64,000 nt of DNA, from NCBI RefSeq assembly GCF_000143415.4, contig NW_003314359.1, positions 281,477-345,476 on the forward strand. Reading direction: 5' to 3'. Both the position numbers and the translations under genes were made by a program. Positions 1-13,886 of the stretch are shown in pieces. The notes beneath the pieces are model-generated. The model was given only the letters and a program-made list of their open reading frames with translations. It was not told the DNA's origin and did no database searches. Positions within the stretch are counted from its first letter, which is position 1; every line of letters begins with the position of its first letter. This stretch comes from Selaginella moellendorffii. Its lineage: Eukaryota; Plantae; Lycopodiophyta.

Positions 1-1163
1 TAACATCTAGAGCTGAGTGAATCCCAGGACATGGTTACACTCGCTCATCCATTTTACGAGGAAACATTTTCAAGAATCTGACACCAAAAAGGAGTAGATT
101 AATCTAATGTGAGGTCAGCAAAAACTCAATATCTCTTTCTTGTGATTATGGCTCCTGATTGCTTGCTAGAAGTTTCAAGCAACATAACAGATGTTAATAG
201 CACCAAGTGAGTTTTCCTGCCGTATTATCTACATGTTGGTCCAGGTCGAACGCTGTGGTGAGAAGCACGTTACTGCGGTTGCGGCACACTGCTCCCAGCA
301 CTCCCCTTATCTTGATGCTAGTCTGCTCAATCTCCACCATCTCAAATCTTCCGCAACTTCTGGCAAAGCCCTCCCCGACCACCATAACTCCATTTTCGTT
401 TCCAATGTGGGGATTAAGCGGGAGGTACGTCCAAACGCGAGGGTTTGGCAGGCACTTGGAGTAGAGGAAGCTGAAGGACATATACGTTTGATTGCATGTA
501 AGCGAGAAGAAGCCGCAACTCTGGACAATTGCACATGATATTCCTTCTATTCTTCTCTTTTAAAGCACATTTGAGCTTTACCTTTGCGAGTGAGATGAAC
601 ATAAGTGGTAGCAGTGCAAATTGATACCTCCAGCAGAAAATTGGACCCATGGTTTTCTTTTCCTTTTTTGCATAGAACGAAGTTATGTAGCCCAACCCCT
701 AGCAAAAAGACAATGAACTTAATCCGTCGTTTTCCCATAGCTTCGCGCTTTATACTTTCGGTCCACAAGGCATTTCTTCCTTGCAAACCCGGCATCTGGC
801 GTCACGGCCATGCATTTCTGAGAATCGGTACACCTCTCTCAAGCAAAGCAGACATTACAAAAAATTTGATGATTATTAAGTGTGGCTAGAAAATGTGTCT
901 TCTTCATCGTCCAAAGAGAAAGAACTAGGTCGATTCTCCTGCCAGCAAAAGAAGCCGGTTTAATCACTGGCGCTTCTCCAGATTGCTGGAGCTTGTAGCT
1001 TCAAACAGTTTTGAGAAACATGAAAAGCAAAGAGTTCCTAGTTTTGACAAAGAACGACACTCCAAAGCTCACAGAATTAAAACCAAGAACAAACCAAAAG
1101 CAAGGACGAGAAACCACAAGAAAAATGCCCACAGAGGAGGAGAAGAGAGGAAACTTACCAGCA

Positions 1164-1550
1164 TTACGAGGCCAAGGCTTCGTCGCCGGCAGCGGCGGCG
1201 GCAGGCTGGGGGATCTTGAGACCCACCTTGGCCTCCTGCTTCTCCTTCTCCATCTCCATCTCCAGCTGCTGCATCTTCCACACCCGCGCGAGATAGAGGT
1301 AGTACTGGCACTTTTCGAAGCTGTGGCGGAGCTCCACGCATCGCCACGGCAGGTAGTAGTTCTGCTGCCGGCACTTGTTGAGCGGGATGAGCCTGTGCGC
1401 GCATTGATCCCGCCACTCGAGCGGCACCCGCGCGCGCTCCATCTCCTTGTTGCTCGCCTTCATCTTGAGCAGATACTCGTAGCTCGCCTTGGATTCGTCC
1501 ACAAAGCGCTCATCTTCTTCGTGCAGCACCTCCCCCTCCTCGCCCCCCAT
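1164..1550 (-). CDS. NDUFB7: NADH dehydrogenase (complex I) 1 beta subcomplex subunit 7 (B18), intronless
   Basis: EM..AR.PL.WRDQCAH.LIPLNKCR...YYLPW.C...RH.FEKCQY twin Cx9C-type pattern typical of B18. Confidence 0.93.
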   Translation of the reverse strand: MGGEEGEVLHEEDERFVDESKASYEYLLKMKASNKEMERARVPLEWRDQCAHRLIPLNKCRQQNYYLPWRCVELRHSFEKCQYYLYLARVWKMQQLEMEMEKEKQEAKVGLKIPQPAAAAAGDEALAS

Positions 1551-2148
1551 TCGCTCCCTACTCTCTGCCCTAAAACCCCAACCAATAGAGAAGAGAGAGA
1601 GAGAGAGAGAGAGGTTTCAAACACTTCTAGCCGTCGATTCGAATGTTCTTTTTCACTATTTCTCCTTTCACGGGGAATCTCCACCGTTTGTTTGTTTTTA
1701 CATGCTTCGTCCCCGCTCTGCGAAGAGAGTAAACCATGGACTTTTAAAACACTTGAAAACCACGGAACTTACTTGCCCCCTCTTCGCGGCGAAATTTTTT
1801 TTTTTCTCAGCGGAGTAGCGCCGAGAAAAAAAAACAGCATCGATCCATTTCTTCCTGTGATGAATACATGGAAGCATTGTATGAAGATCAAGAGGGTGAT
1901 TGAAAAGGAGTATCTTACCTCCTGTGGCTTCTTGTGCAAAAGCCACGTCCTGCCAGCACTGGTGGTCTCATTCGCTACGAGGAACTGTGAGCCACTTACC
2001 GGTAAAAAGAATAGCTTGGCAGTGGCGTGGAGCAAAGTGTGTCTCGCCTGTGCACAGAGGCCACTCTTAAACAGTGAGACTAGAAAACGAAGCATCTCGA
2101 GTACCTAAGTGTTAGTCTGGTGTTCATCTCTGCGTTGCTTTGTCCACC

Positions 2149-5100
2149 TCAGCTCGTGGCACTGCTCGAGCCATCCTGCGCTCGTTGCTTTAGTAGCTCC
2201 ATGAGAGCAGCCCTGCGTCGTGACTCCGCCTGCTGTTGCGAGCGTCTCCCATGCTCTTTCAAGTCCCTGGATAGATTACGCGCGTAAATAACGTCCTTCT
2301 CAGACCAAACGCGATCAAGAGACTTACTTGCAGCGAGGAACCCGGCAGTCCGACTCCTTGCACGACCGAGCATGGAGTTGCAAGAGATGCCACATCAACT
2401 TGCAGTGACGGCATCCTCCAGAGGCCCTCGTCTTACATACCGTCCCGTGTCTAAACAAGTTTTTCACCTTCCGACACTTCGGATACTGGCATTGGAAAGA
2501 ACAGCACTGAGACGAGTGAATCAGGAGCTGCACAATTTTTCGGAGCTGCCAATACACAGAGAAAAGATAACTTAGACGAGAAACAACAAACAACAAGGCC
2601 AGCACAAACCTGTACAACGCGTTGTTGCCGAGCTTCTTTATTCTGTGCATTCCGTTCGGCTACTGATAGCTGGGGTTTGAGCTTATGTGGGTGCTTTGGT
2701 AGCTCCTTGTGATAGCAGGCCGCACAGAGGTCAAAATCAGCGCACGTATCGCACCGCCAGCCCTTCCCCGTTTCAATATCTTGGTTGCAGATATTGCAGG
2801 AAGTCACGAATGCTGGAGCTGTAGGATTATGTAGGTGATAAAGCACCATCATAGAAGAATGCTTGGCGCGTCTTAATGTATCGTGCTGGTAGTGGTTGCC
2901 TTGGCACAGGCTCAAGAACGCTTGTCTCGTATCAAAAAACTCACTTTCCATAATCTCATCTTTATCTTCGGTTTCTGCGGGTATATCATTGACCTCGACC
3001 TGCGTGGATAAGACAGTTCAGGGACTACTAGAGACGGGACCATACATACCGCAAATAACTCATGAGTTTCCCTGCTGTTCCACGGGTGCCTGTCCTTTTC
3101 ATCCCTCTTCTGGTCGGCAACATAACACCTGAAAGCCATTGCATCACAAGATCATTCTTTGGAAAGTCGAGAAATTGTTAATCAACCTGTTGCACAGGTG
3201 GAAGTTCTTGCATTGTTTGCAAACCCAGCGACACTCCGAAGTGATAAAGAGACGGCAGTGCCGGCAAGAATGATGCATGTGGACCAAAATAAAGTCCTCC
3301 TTTAGAGGTGATATTGCTTGTCCAAGCTGTCATAAAACAAAACATGTCTAGAAATAAAGTTGGAACCAATACACTTACCTTGTGCATCAGTTGCAAGTCC
3401 TTTGAGGCATTGCTAGAGGGCTCGGATTGAGCTCCAATTCTCTTTGCAACACCTTTCTTGCTTATTCCCTTCTTGTGAAGCCTTCGTTTATCCTCCTCGT
3501 CCTGGTGAAGCTGTAGCAGAACTTCTTCTGCCGCCCCAGGCCAATAATCCCCGTCAAAATAAGGAAGTCGTGCAGCAGTTACGTGAGCCTTGCACTCGTC
3601 AGGAGAAATAAAAAAGTAATCGTAGAAGTTTGTTAACTCCACAACAATGTTCTCTTTTGTCGCTTTGCCGAGCATTGCAAGGTACCTGTAAAACATATAC
3701 ACTTCAAGCAAATGATGCTCATGAAGCATCTCACCATTCTCGGAGTTTATCCGACTTAGGTGTCTTTTGGATCTCCGGATGGCAATACAGTATATAGTCT
3801 TCTCCTCGAAGAGGTGGACAAGCCCAAATATAACAGCTACCGAAACCTCTTCTTTTACAATATTCCAGATATCCAATCTGCAAATACAAAACTTGTTAAC
3901 CTGCATCATCAAACAATTACAAACGAAGTACCAGGATTTCGTGATAAACAAATGTTCGAAGAGCTTCACCCGTAACGGTTTTCACTTCGGGCCGAAAATA
4001 CTTGACAGAGTCCAAGTAAGCAATATAAAGCCGACGATTGTTCGGTTCAGGGCATTCAGCACCAAACTCCTGTACGTACATCCCAAATAGACACACCTCG
4101 ACTCCTTCAATTCTTTGAAAGAGTAATACCACCTAAGAAAGACAGGAGATTAGCCAGCACGCAAGTATATGGCGGGCGGATACCTTCGACTTGTAAAGGT
4201 ATTCACTGGGATAATTGCTGTCTTTAAATATTTCCAGAAATCGCTGCTTCACCTCAAGCTTTTTGTCGACAGATGATACTACTCTCACAACTAAACCTTC
4301 AGCTCCAGGGACCTATAAGAACAAACAGTCAAAAGCAAGTAAAAAAGAAGCATGAATACCTCTTCAAAACTTTTCCCTTGTGCTTCGGCGCGGTCAGCTC
4401 TTTCCTTCCTCAAACTGCGTGCCAATCTCTGCTCTAGATGGTCACTCAGTAACGTTTTCGGCAGGTCTTTGGCACCTAAAACGGCTGTTAAGGGAAGAGG
4501 AGTTCTATCCCCACTTTCCATGTCGTTCAGCAGACAATAGGGGCAAATAAATTCCGTGTCACCACCTTCATTTCTTCTACCATTAAATAAGGCACAGATT
4601 TGATGCTGCCATACATTGCACTTGTCACATTGAACCCACTGCATAAACCATACAAGTCAGACGTTTCAAGGAAAGAGAAAAAATATAGAAGCACATACCG
4701 CCTCTTCTGTTTCTTCATCGTTTTTCTTCTTTTCCAATTTCGACTTGGGATAAAGCTGACCATCAAGGCCAACTGTATCAGCAGGGCTGGCATTGTAGCA
4801 GGGAATGCAAAAGTAGTGCCTAGTTTCGCCAGACCCTGCAGTGTAGTATACAGAGTTCCTCTTCAAACGAACTCCACAAGTTGTGCAATACAAAGGTGGC
4901 GGTTCGAAGGTAAGTCTCTCGACAGCACATACACGACAAGCACTTTCGCTGGGTTGCTGTTCCATTGCTTGATGCTTTTCAGCCTTTGCCTTACTCTGTA
5001 ATGGTTCGAAAGAGTTAGAAAAGAAAACTTCAAACGGGAACGAACCTGTCCTGTCCATAACCGAATGCTGGAAAAGTGCTCCAAAATCTGCTCCTTGGAG

Positions 5101-7010
5101 AAAAGCTCTAGGAGAGAGATGCCAACGACTTTCGACTTCCCGGACTTGAGCGACACATTATTCGACGAATGCCCAACCTCTTCCTTGATGGCGACTAATG
5201 CCGAACTCTCCATAGACGGGCCAGCTTCCAGCATGCCATCATCTTGCCCATCAGGCAAAACGCAAGGCTTCACGTCCACTTGCTGCGCGACAATGGGACC
5301 TTTTCCTTTGCACATGCCGGCGCTCTTCACCTGAGCAGTAGTACCAGGCTCGACTTTGATCTTCTTAGGAAATGGAGGACCACAGTCACTGCCTGCTCCA
5401 ACTCCACCGTAGCTCTGAATGTCGACTTCTTCCTTGACCCTCTTAGCAGCCACTTGAGTCTCTTCGGTGCAGGTCGAAGCGGTAACAACGCTCGACGAAG
5501 CAGCGGCGATCGTTGCTGCCTGCGCAGCTGCTCGTGCAAGTCGTCGAGCCGGAGCACACAATGCACACTGGAGGTTTTCGCACTGAGAATGGTGGCGGAG
5601 CAGCGCCCGAACGACTTGGCAGTGACTCGACTGGCAAGCGGTCTCCCGGCACTTGGTCGCATGCCTCAAAACCTGTTGTACGTAGTGGCATCGGGAGTTG
5701 AAATTGCACTGTCCTTCCGGAGCGGTACACTTGTTTGCATGGCGTAATAAACATAGCCAGTGCTGCTGCCTCCTCAACATCTCCTTTTTGTCGCCTGACA
5801 TCCCATTAGCAGTACCGTCCCCAGGCTTCAATCCATTCTGTAACCTGTCTTGGGCAGTGGCAACCCCGTTTTGTACGCGGACCACATCAGCCTTTTTCTG
5901 GTTCTGGTTTGGAGTCTTTTTCTGCTCTTGCACTGTAGTCGCTTCTGACTGTCGCTGTTGCAACTGAGACGGCAGACCAGGTACTGGAATCATTTTCGAA
6001 GACTGGCTGCTGGGTATTTCCCCATTGAGTGACTTGTGTATTTGGAAGCCTTCACCTGGGACATGCCGCCGTCAGCAAATCTATACAAAAAGTTGAAAGA
6101 TAAAGAACTTACGCTGGATCTGTCCCTGGCCGAAATAGCTGGACGACGAGTGCATTGCGTTCCCATTCAAAGAATACTGACCTCCGTTCCCAATGAAGGG
6201 ACTATCTAACCTCCCATTTACAAGCGACGGGTGCATTTGAGCCGAGGTGACCATGTTGGAGCCCTGTTGCACCATTCGCACCCCGCCAGCTCCCGAGTGA
6301 GAAACCAAAGAATTCGAGGGCGCCGTCGACACGGCTAAGTTGTTCCTACGAGAGCCGGGCATTGCAAACTGCCCCGGCGCTCCGGAGAAGGACGCTGGAC
6401 TGGTGGCCAGGCCGGGAGTCGGGATCATAGTAGCTGCGCCGGGCGTTGGAATCATGGTGGCCGTGTTCCTAGAGTTAGCTGCCGTGTTCCTCCCGGCAGA
6501 AATCCGCTTGGCTACCGACTGGATCCGTTTCTCCAGTGTGTTCATATCATTGTACTCCTCCTGTAGTGATGCTCTCGATCAGTCACGAACAAGAGAAAAG
6601 TGTAACCAACCTTGGACGCGGCGTCGCGATATAAACCCTCCTCGAGCCTCCTCACCATCTCGGGCAACCTTTGCTGGTACTCGGCAGTAGAGTTGTTCTT
6701 CTGGAAGAGCTTCAAGCTGGGTAGCAACAAGAGGAAGAGAGTCAAAACCAGGGAGAAAACTTACATTGATGGCGTGATGGAAGCGGAGGGAGCCTTCCAT
6801 TCCATGCAACAGGCAAATGGACGCGATGATGCGAGCTAGCCTATACCCTAAAAGACAAAAGGGGATAGCGATTTCTTACACATGAGCGATCACGAGCCTG
6901 CGGTCGGGCACATCGTCGCCCTCGGCGTGCCAGGACGCGCGATTGCGGCTGGAGCTGGCAATGTGCTGATGCCCCGGGGGCTGGCCCTGCGTCTGGTGCT
7001 GCATATTCAT
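2149..7010 (-). CDS. HAC1: CBP/p300-family histone acetyltransferase (HAC1/HAC12-like), multi-exon
   Basis: Start MNMQHQ at 7010; KIX-like exons ([13 protein letters not shown]), TAZ (LRHANKC), PHD ([19 protein letters not shown]), KAT11 core ([29 protein letters not shown]), ZZ finger ([12 protein letters not shown]), TAZ2, C-terminal SRRRAA.ME. Confidence 0.96.
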
Positions 7011-7523
7011 AGCTCAGCTACTGGGGCATTGAGCGATCGAGCAGCGGCGCATTGAGGTGGAGCGAATCGACTAGCACCGCCTACTCCTGCTGCTGCTGCC
7101 GGAATCCCATGGCGCGCTCCTCCACAGACCCTAAGAACAGAGCGCCATAGGCACCAGATCTTCCTGCCCATGAGCCCCAAAAACCCTAACAGCACGATTT
7201 TATTTAGGTCTGTAGGCTTAACAACAAGGATATTCCCCCTGCACGTTGGGGATATACCTGTGTCCGAGCAGCGGTATTGGAAGCGAATAAAATGGGAAGG
7301 AGGAACCTTCACACAAATCGAAATCGAAGCTTCGCATTGTAAGCATGGAATCCAGCAAAGCTTTGGTCGATGGAAATGGTGATGTCACCTCCTTTGCTCC
7401 GGCACTTGTTTGAATGGAATATGGAGAGTTTTTATTTGTGGAGGATCCCTTAAACCCTAGCGGGGGTTAGGGCGGTGTGCAAGCGATCTGGTACGTCCGG
7501 GGCACGGATTCTTCCGCGCGATC

Positions 7524-10500
7524 ATGGAAGAGGACGAGCAGCAGCAGCAGGGGCAGCAGCAAGACGATCGCTTCTTCGAGCGCGACGTCGTGGGGAGCAT
7601 TGCCAATCCGGATAGGGTCGGGATTATCGACGAGATCGGGGGCGCTCCCTCCACTTCCGGCTCCGAGGACGACGAGGAATGCGGGCAGGACGTGGAGGAG
7701 GGCGCCGCGATCATCGTGTGGAATGATGGGGAGGAGGAGACGGTCGATCTGTCGGAGGTCCGGCTCGTCGACCGCGTTCTGGATCGCGGCGAATTGGTGG
7801 CGCTTGCCGGCGATCCGCTGGACCAGTTTGGGGTCGTCCAGAGCGTGGAGCTCCTGGCGGATTTGCGGCTCCGGAATGGAGAGGTGATGAAGAGCGTGAG
7901 CAGCAGCAAGCTCCGGCAAGTGTGCCCGTTCATGCAAGGCGACTACGTTGTTCGCGGGAACTGGATCGGCCGAGTGGATGAAGTGGAGGAGAACGTCACC
8001 GTGCTCTTCGAGGACGGAGCAAAGTGTAAGGTTTTCCGAGCGGACAACTATACTCTCGTGCCGGCTGAAGCAGCGGAGTGGTCTTGCGACTACTACGTCG
8101 GGATGAGAGTTCGTCCGGCCAAGAATGTGGTTTTCAAGACCGCGAGATGGTTGAGGGGGGGCTGGAAGTCGAGCCGAGACGAAGGGACGGTATGCCGGGT
8201 GGATGTTGCCGCGTTGCTTGTTTACTGGATGGGAGTCGGGGTCGGGCCAGTGACTCCGACACCGGCGGACTACCAGGACGTCAAGGACGTGATCCATTTG
8301 CCGCATTTCTCACACTCGAGAGAGCACTGGCGCATCGGGGACCATACGCTGCCGCCGAAGGACGTTACTGTTGGAGGAGAAGTGGCTCCGAAAGAGAGCA
8401 ACGACGGCCGAGAGGTTTCTTCCACAGCAGTCTCAACTTCGTCAGACGCAGTCAGCTCAAATCCGGAGCCTTCGCTGGCCGAGGAAGCTTTGCACGAGAG
8501 CTCTCCGCTACAACGAAAGCGCTCCCTCTCGAGACGCTGCACGGTTCGAAGGAAAGCCAAGAGAAAGCTGGTGCCTTTGGAGATCCCAGTTCGCGTGACT
8601 CGGACGGAGCGTCTGGTGGATGTGCTGTGGCAAGATGGATCGAAGAGTGCTAGGATCCCGGCCACGTCCTTGGTTCCAGTTTTATACCTCAACGACAGCG
8701 ATTTTTGGCCCGAGACATACGTGATCGAGAGGGGAGCGGAGGCCGAGATGGATGATGATAAAGGCTATAGGAGAGTAGGCATAGTTAAAACGATCGACGC
8801 TACACAACGGACAGCCAGAGTCAAGTGGTTCAAGAGAGTGACGTCTCCCGACGAGGCTTGCGAGTTTGAGGCGGAGGAAACCGTCGGCGTATACGACATT
8901 TTGGAGCACGTAGATTATCGATACAACATAGGCGACATAGTCATCCGGCTTACTCCGCAGGTTCCCAAGGCCGACGACTCGACTGAAAAAGTGGAGCAGC
9001 CGCAAGCACCAGACGATGAAGGGAAGCATGCTAACGATCCTACAGACTTGTCCTGGGTGGGATCAATCGTGGGGCTCGAGGACGGATACATAATGGTGGA
9101 ATGGGGAAGCGGGGACGTGACAAAGGTTAGTTGGCTGTTGTCATGTTATTGCTGATGAGTTGCTTGCTTTGTAGGTCGGTCCCCATGGCATTTTTGTCGT
9201 GGATAGAAATGAGAGCGGCGACGATGAGTCTAGTTCCGACGACGACGACGACGATGCTGATAGCTGGGAAACCGTGGACTCCAATAGCTTAAGTGACTTT
9301 GAGGTACTATTGTTGATATTGGCTGCCACTGCAATAGCTTGCTTTGTGTTGTTTCAGTCGACTCCCGTACCAGCAGAGCAACCTGTGACTCGGGAGGAAA
9401 CTCAAGGTGGTCTTTTGACTTTTGTCCTTTCATCTATGTCAAGGCTTATTTCTACAATCATGGGACTTCGAGCTAAGAAGGTGGTAGCTGTAGGTGAACA
9501 AGAAGACATTGAGGAGCCAGACGAGCTGGTCTGTGAGATGCTCCTTGTACGAAAGTCTCCTGCCGATCGGCACTTCGACCAGAACACGAATGACCATTCA
9601 ACCGAGTGCTCTGTAAGACCTCTAACAGAGTTCAAGTCTTTTGACATGGTCAAGGATGCTTCGGATCACCACTTCGCGGATGTAAAGAACGAGGTATGTA
9701 AATGGCTTTTTGGTTATTTTCCTTACGTGGTTTCTTTCAGGTTCCGAATCAACGCAAGTGGCTTAAGAGGGTGAACCAAGAGTGGGACATTCTGCAAAAG
9801 GACCTTCCCGGTATGGTGCCGTGATCTCACTGGATTTTCAGCTATGTTCTTTGTTGGCGCAGACACGATTTTTGTGCTAATGTACGAAGACCGTATGGAC
9901 CTGTTGAGAGCAGCCATAGTTGGAGCAACAGGAACACCATACCACGATGGATTCTTTGTGTTCGATCTTTATTTACCTCCGGACTATCCAAATGTCCCTC
10001 CGGTGAGTAGCTTTTCCACTGCCTGTCGTGGAGTTTTTTGACTGACTTGAACTTGCAGATGGTCCATTATCATTCGGGCGGATTGAGGATGAATCCCAAT
10101 CTCTACGAAAACGGCAAAGTGTGTCTCAGTCTCCTCAATACCTGGAGCGGCAGGGGAAGCGAGCTCTGGAATCCAGGAACGTCTAACATATTGCAAGTGC
10201 TAGTTTCAATCCAGGGACTGGTGCTCAACGCCAAGCCTTACTTCAACGAAGCAGGCTACGACAACCAGACTGGAACAGGAGAAGGGGAGAAGAACTCGAT
10301 CGCTTACAACGAGAACACCTTCTTATTGTCCTGCAAGACGATCCTATATCTCCTGCGCAATCCTCCAATGGTACGTAGAGTCGTATACTTTCTTTCTTTC
10401 CTTGCTCTTGAACCGTTCCTTCTCAGCATTTCGAGGAGCTCTTGAAGAGCCATTTCCGGTACCGGGGTTTCAAGTTCCTGTCGCTGTGCAGGGCCTACCT

Positions 10501-10681
10501 CGGAGGTCTTCCAGTCGGAAGAAATCCAGCCGATAGCAGCGAAGGAAGCCCAGAGAAACAAGAGGAGAGCTCGGCTGGTTTTCAGCTCATACTCCGCAAG
10601 CTCGTCCCCAAGCTGGCCGCGGCGTTTGTGAAGATCGGAGCCACAGAGTGTAGAGAATTCGAGGAGCCACCATCGTCATGA
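7524..10681 (+). CDS. Large E2/E3-hybrid ubiquitin-conjugating enzyme (UBC23/UBC24-PHO2, UBE2O family), multi-exon
   Basis: N-terminal LVDR.LD.G..V and DVLWQDG motifs; UBC domain MDLLRAAIVGATGTPYHDG.F.FD and NPNLYENGKVCLSLLNTW with the catalytic Cys. Confidence 0.93.
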
Positions 10682-10807
10682 CGAGACGAAGAGATTTTTC
10701 TTTCCTCAGATAAAATACCATACTTAAATTCTTTTAGAGGGAAGCGTGATTAATTAGCGCAAGGAAATGCCGCAAAGATTCCATATCCACACTGCGGGAG
10801 TGGGGCA

Positions 10808-12408
10808 ATGGCGATGGCCGCCGCGGCTTCCTGCGCCTTCAAGCTTCCCTGTTCTTCGTCTAGAGAGCTCTCCTCAGGTACTGTGAGCGGCATTGTGGGA
10901 TTTGGCATGACCTAATTCGATCGAGCGTAGCTCCCATTGCTGATTTCTTTCTTGTGGAGCTGCATTGCTGGCTCTCGGGCGCTCTTGGCCGGGATTATGA
11001 CCTCGTGTGGCTGTTTGTGCCAGGATTCTTGCAGCGCGACACATTGCAGCTCCAGCGGCGGCCAAAACCGAGGAGAATCGCGGCCGTGTGTGTGAGAAAT
11101 GTGGCAGTACAAACAGCGGCCGATCAGGTATGTGAGAGCTTCCTCTTCGCATTCATCGTCTCGTCTTCTTCCGTAATTTCTTCGCTCTTTTACTCGTAGT
11201 ATCGTTGTTCGTTCTTCGCTCCTTTCTACCTCCCCTCATTCCAATTCTTCTCATGGAATGAGATGTCTTCGTTCTTCTTCTGGTAATTCGTGCTCCTTCC
11301 TTTCTTCTCGTTGTTTTCTTACGATCTTATCGTGGACTGGCAGGCCAAGAAGGCGGCATTTTCGAAAGAGAGCCAGCGGCCAGTGTTCCCCTTCACAGCC
11401 ATCGTGGGGCAGGAGGAGATGAAGCTGTGCCTCATCCTCAACGTCATCGACCCCAAGATTGGCGGCGTCATGATCATGGGCGACCGGGGCACTGGTAAAT
11501 CCACCACCGTGCGCTCGCTCGTGGACCTCCTGCCCGAGATCACGGTCGTGGCCGGCGACCCTTTCAACTCGGACCCTGACGACCCCGAGCTCATGTCCGA
11601 GGAGGTCCGGCTCAAAGTCCAGCAAGACCAGCCCCTCCCATCCGCGCTCGTCAAGATCAACATGGTGGATCTCCCGCTCGGCGCCACCGAAGACCGCGTG
11701 TGCGGCACGATCGACATCGAGAAGGCGCTGACAGAGGGCGTGAAAGCCTTCGAGCCGGGGCTGCTGGCCAAGGCCAACCGCGGCATCCTCTACGTGGACG
11801 AGGTGAACCTCCTGGACGACCACCTGGTGGACGTGCTCCTCGACTCGGCAGCATCCGGGTGGAACACCGTTGAGCGCGAGGGCATCTCGATCTCCCACCC
11901 GGCGCGCTTCATCCTCATCGGCTCGGGCAATCCGGAGGAAGGCGAGCTCCGGCCCCAGCTGCTGGATCGATTCGGCATGCACGCGCAGGTCACCACCGTC
12001 AAGGACGCGGAGCTCCGGGTGAAGATCGTGGAGGAGCGCGGGGCCTTCGACCAGGACCCCGGCGAGTTCCGGGAGAAGTACCTCGGCCCCCAGTCGGAGC
12101 TCCAGCGCCAGATCACCGAGGCCCGGGTCCGGCTGCCCGGCGTGAAGATCGAGCACGAGCTGCGAGTGAAGATCTCGCGGGTGTGCGCGGAGCTGGACGT
12201 GGATGGGCTGCGCGGGGATATCGTCACGAACAGGGCCGCCAAGGCGCTGGCGGCGCTCCAGGGCCGCGACGAGGTGTCGCCCAAGGACATCCTCACCGTG
12301 ATCCCGAATTGCCTCCGCCACCGGCTGAGGAAGGATCCGCTCGAGTCGATCGATTCGGGGCTGCTGGTGGTGGAGAAGTTTAGCGAGGTTTTTGGCTATG
12401 CCGTGTAA
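10808..12408 (+). CDS. CHLI: Magnesium chelatase subunit I, with transit-peptide exons
   Basis: [24 protein letters not shown] Walker [32 protein letters not shown]; ATG 10808 opens an Ala/Ser-rich transit peptide. Confidence 0.97.
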
Positions 12409-12497
12409 GTAGTATCAAATTTAAATTTTAGAATATACCTGTGGGTGGGGGATATTCTTCCCCGTATTTTAGGGTTCTTGGATTGATTGAGTGATTT

Positions 12498-13886
12498 ATG
12501 CGCATGGCGACGACGCATTCGTGGGCAGTGTCGTCGAGATTCTGCCTGGGGCGCGGCAGGGGCGCGGGATTGGATCGCGCGGCTGCGGGCGCCGCGTCGT
12601 GTAGGATCAGGAGCGAGGGGTTTGCGGCGAAATGCAGGCGATGCGTGAGGGTAATGGCGGCGGCGGAGGAGCCCGCGCGGCCGGAGATGTCGTTTGAAAG
12701 CGCGCTGGAGCTGCTCGGGGTCAGGGAGGGCGCCTCGTTCGACGAGATTCTCCAGGCCAAGAAGGCGCTCATGGAAAAGAGCAGTGGAGATCAAGAGCGT
12801 GCTCTCCAGGTAGATTAGAAATCTCTCACTCAATCTCTTCCTTGGAAAACTGTGGTGCTGATTCTTTCTTAGATCATTTGATTGAATCAGGTGGAAGCGG
12901 CCTACGACACACTGCTCATGCGGCGATTGATGAAGCGACGGGCCGGCGAAGTGGCCGACAGTACCGTGCTGTATGCTGACGTGAGAAAGAGGAGTTCATC
13001 ATCCTCGGCTTCCAAGAGTGGAGGAATTCCTGGAGTAAACTGGCTCAAGGGAGCTCTCGCCAACATCCGAGTGACCATCGAAGCCCCAACCAGCAATCTT
13101 CTCGCTACTCAAACAGCAGTCTATGGTGGCCTTGTTGCATGGACTTACTTCAGTGGAATGGACAGTTCCTCGTCCTTTGGAGGGGGAGTAGCGGCAGATT
13201 CCACAGGAGTCACTCTGGCAATTGGTTTTGGAGCGTCTCTTTACTTCCTTCGTCAGCAGAACCTCAAGCTAGGTGCGCAGATTCTTCTTTCTTCGTTCTT
13301 CAGTTTAGCATCGTTTAGAATCCATTTCTTGTCCTGGCAGAGTTTCTCTATTGGTTTTTCTGTGACCTTGCTTCCATTGCAGATCTTTCCATTATTCTTG
13401 ATCATGAGCTTCGTTCTTAAGTTTAGCAGCGTAAGTTGTCGTTTTTCTTCCAGTCCTGGCAGAGTCTCTCCTTTGGTTTTCCTGCGAGCTTGCTTCCATT
13501 GCAGACCTTTTCACTGTTCTTTATCACGAGCTTGATTCAGCTCGTTCTCAAGTTTAGCAGCATAAGCTTTCGCTCTTCTGTGGTTTTCTTCCGGTCCTGG
13601 CAGAGTTTATCTGTTGGTTTTCCTGTGAGCATCCAAAATCGCTTTGTTTTTGCTTCCATTGCAGATCTTTTCATTGTTCTTGATCATGATTTTGCTGTTG
13701 TTTTTACCAGGGAAGGCAGCAGCGATCACTACAGCAGGCCTGGTTGCCGGCGCCCTGGTGGGAAATGTGCTAGAATCGTGGCTTCGAGTGGACATTGTCC
13801 CAGTGGCGGGGATAAGTTCTCCCGCAGTGATGGTGAGCGAGTGTGTTCTTCTCTCGTTATGGCTCGTGTCGTTATATTTGCGATGA
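12498..13886 (+). CDS. Chaperone-like protein of POR1 (CPP1/DUF3353) family J-like plastid membrane protein
   Basis: ALELLGVREGASFDEI..AK...QVEAAYD.LLM motif and C-terminal TM helices ending SLYLR; 3 exons. Confidence 0.88.
13290..13690. repeat. Three degenerate ~120-140-bp tandem units inside intron 2 of the CPP1-like gene
   Basis: Recurring anchors agtttagca, gtcctggcagagt, ttggttttcctg and tgcttccattgcaga each occur three times in order. Confidence 0.85.

Noticed and set aside
191-889. Several overlapping 75-115 aa ORFs at the window start
   Set aside because: No recognisable motif or consistent splice pattern; a real frame cannot be picked.
1011-2108. 365-aa + strand ORF
   Set aside because: Antisense shadow of NDUFB7 running through an AG microsatellite and intergenic DNA; it starts at a TTG, not an ATG.
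7100-7524. miR399 target sites expected if the E2 gene were PHO2
   Set aside because: No repeated complementary sites are visible in the short leader, so it is left as UBC23/24-like.
11251-12321. Long antisense ORFs over CHLI (likewise 17765-19063, 46536-47873 and 56119-56985)
   Set aside because: Expected by-product of high GC3 codon usage on the true coding strand.
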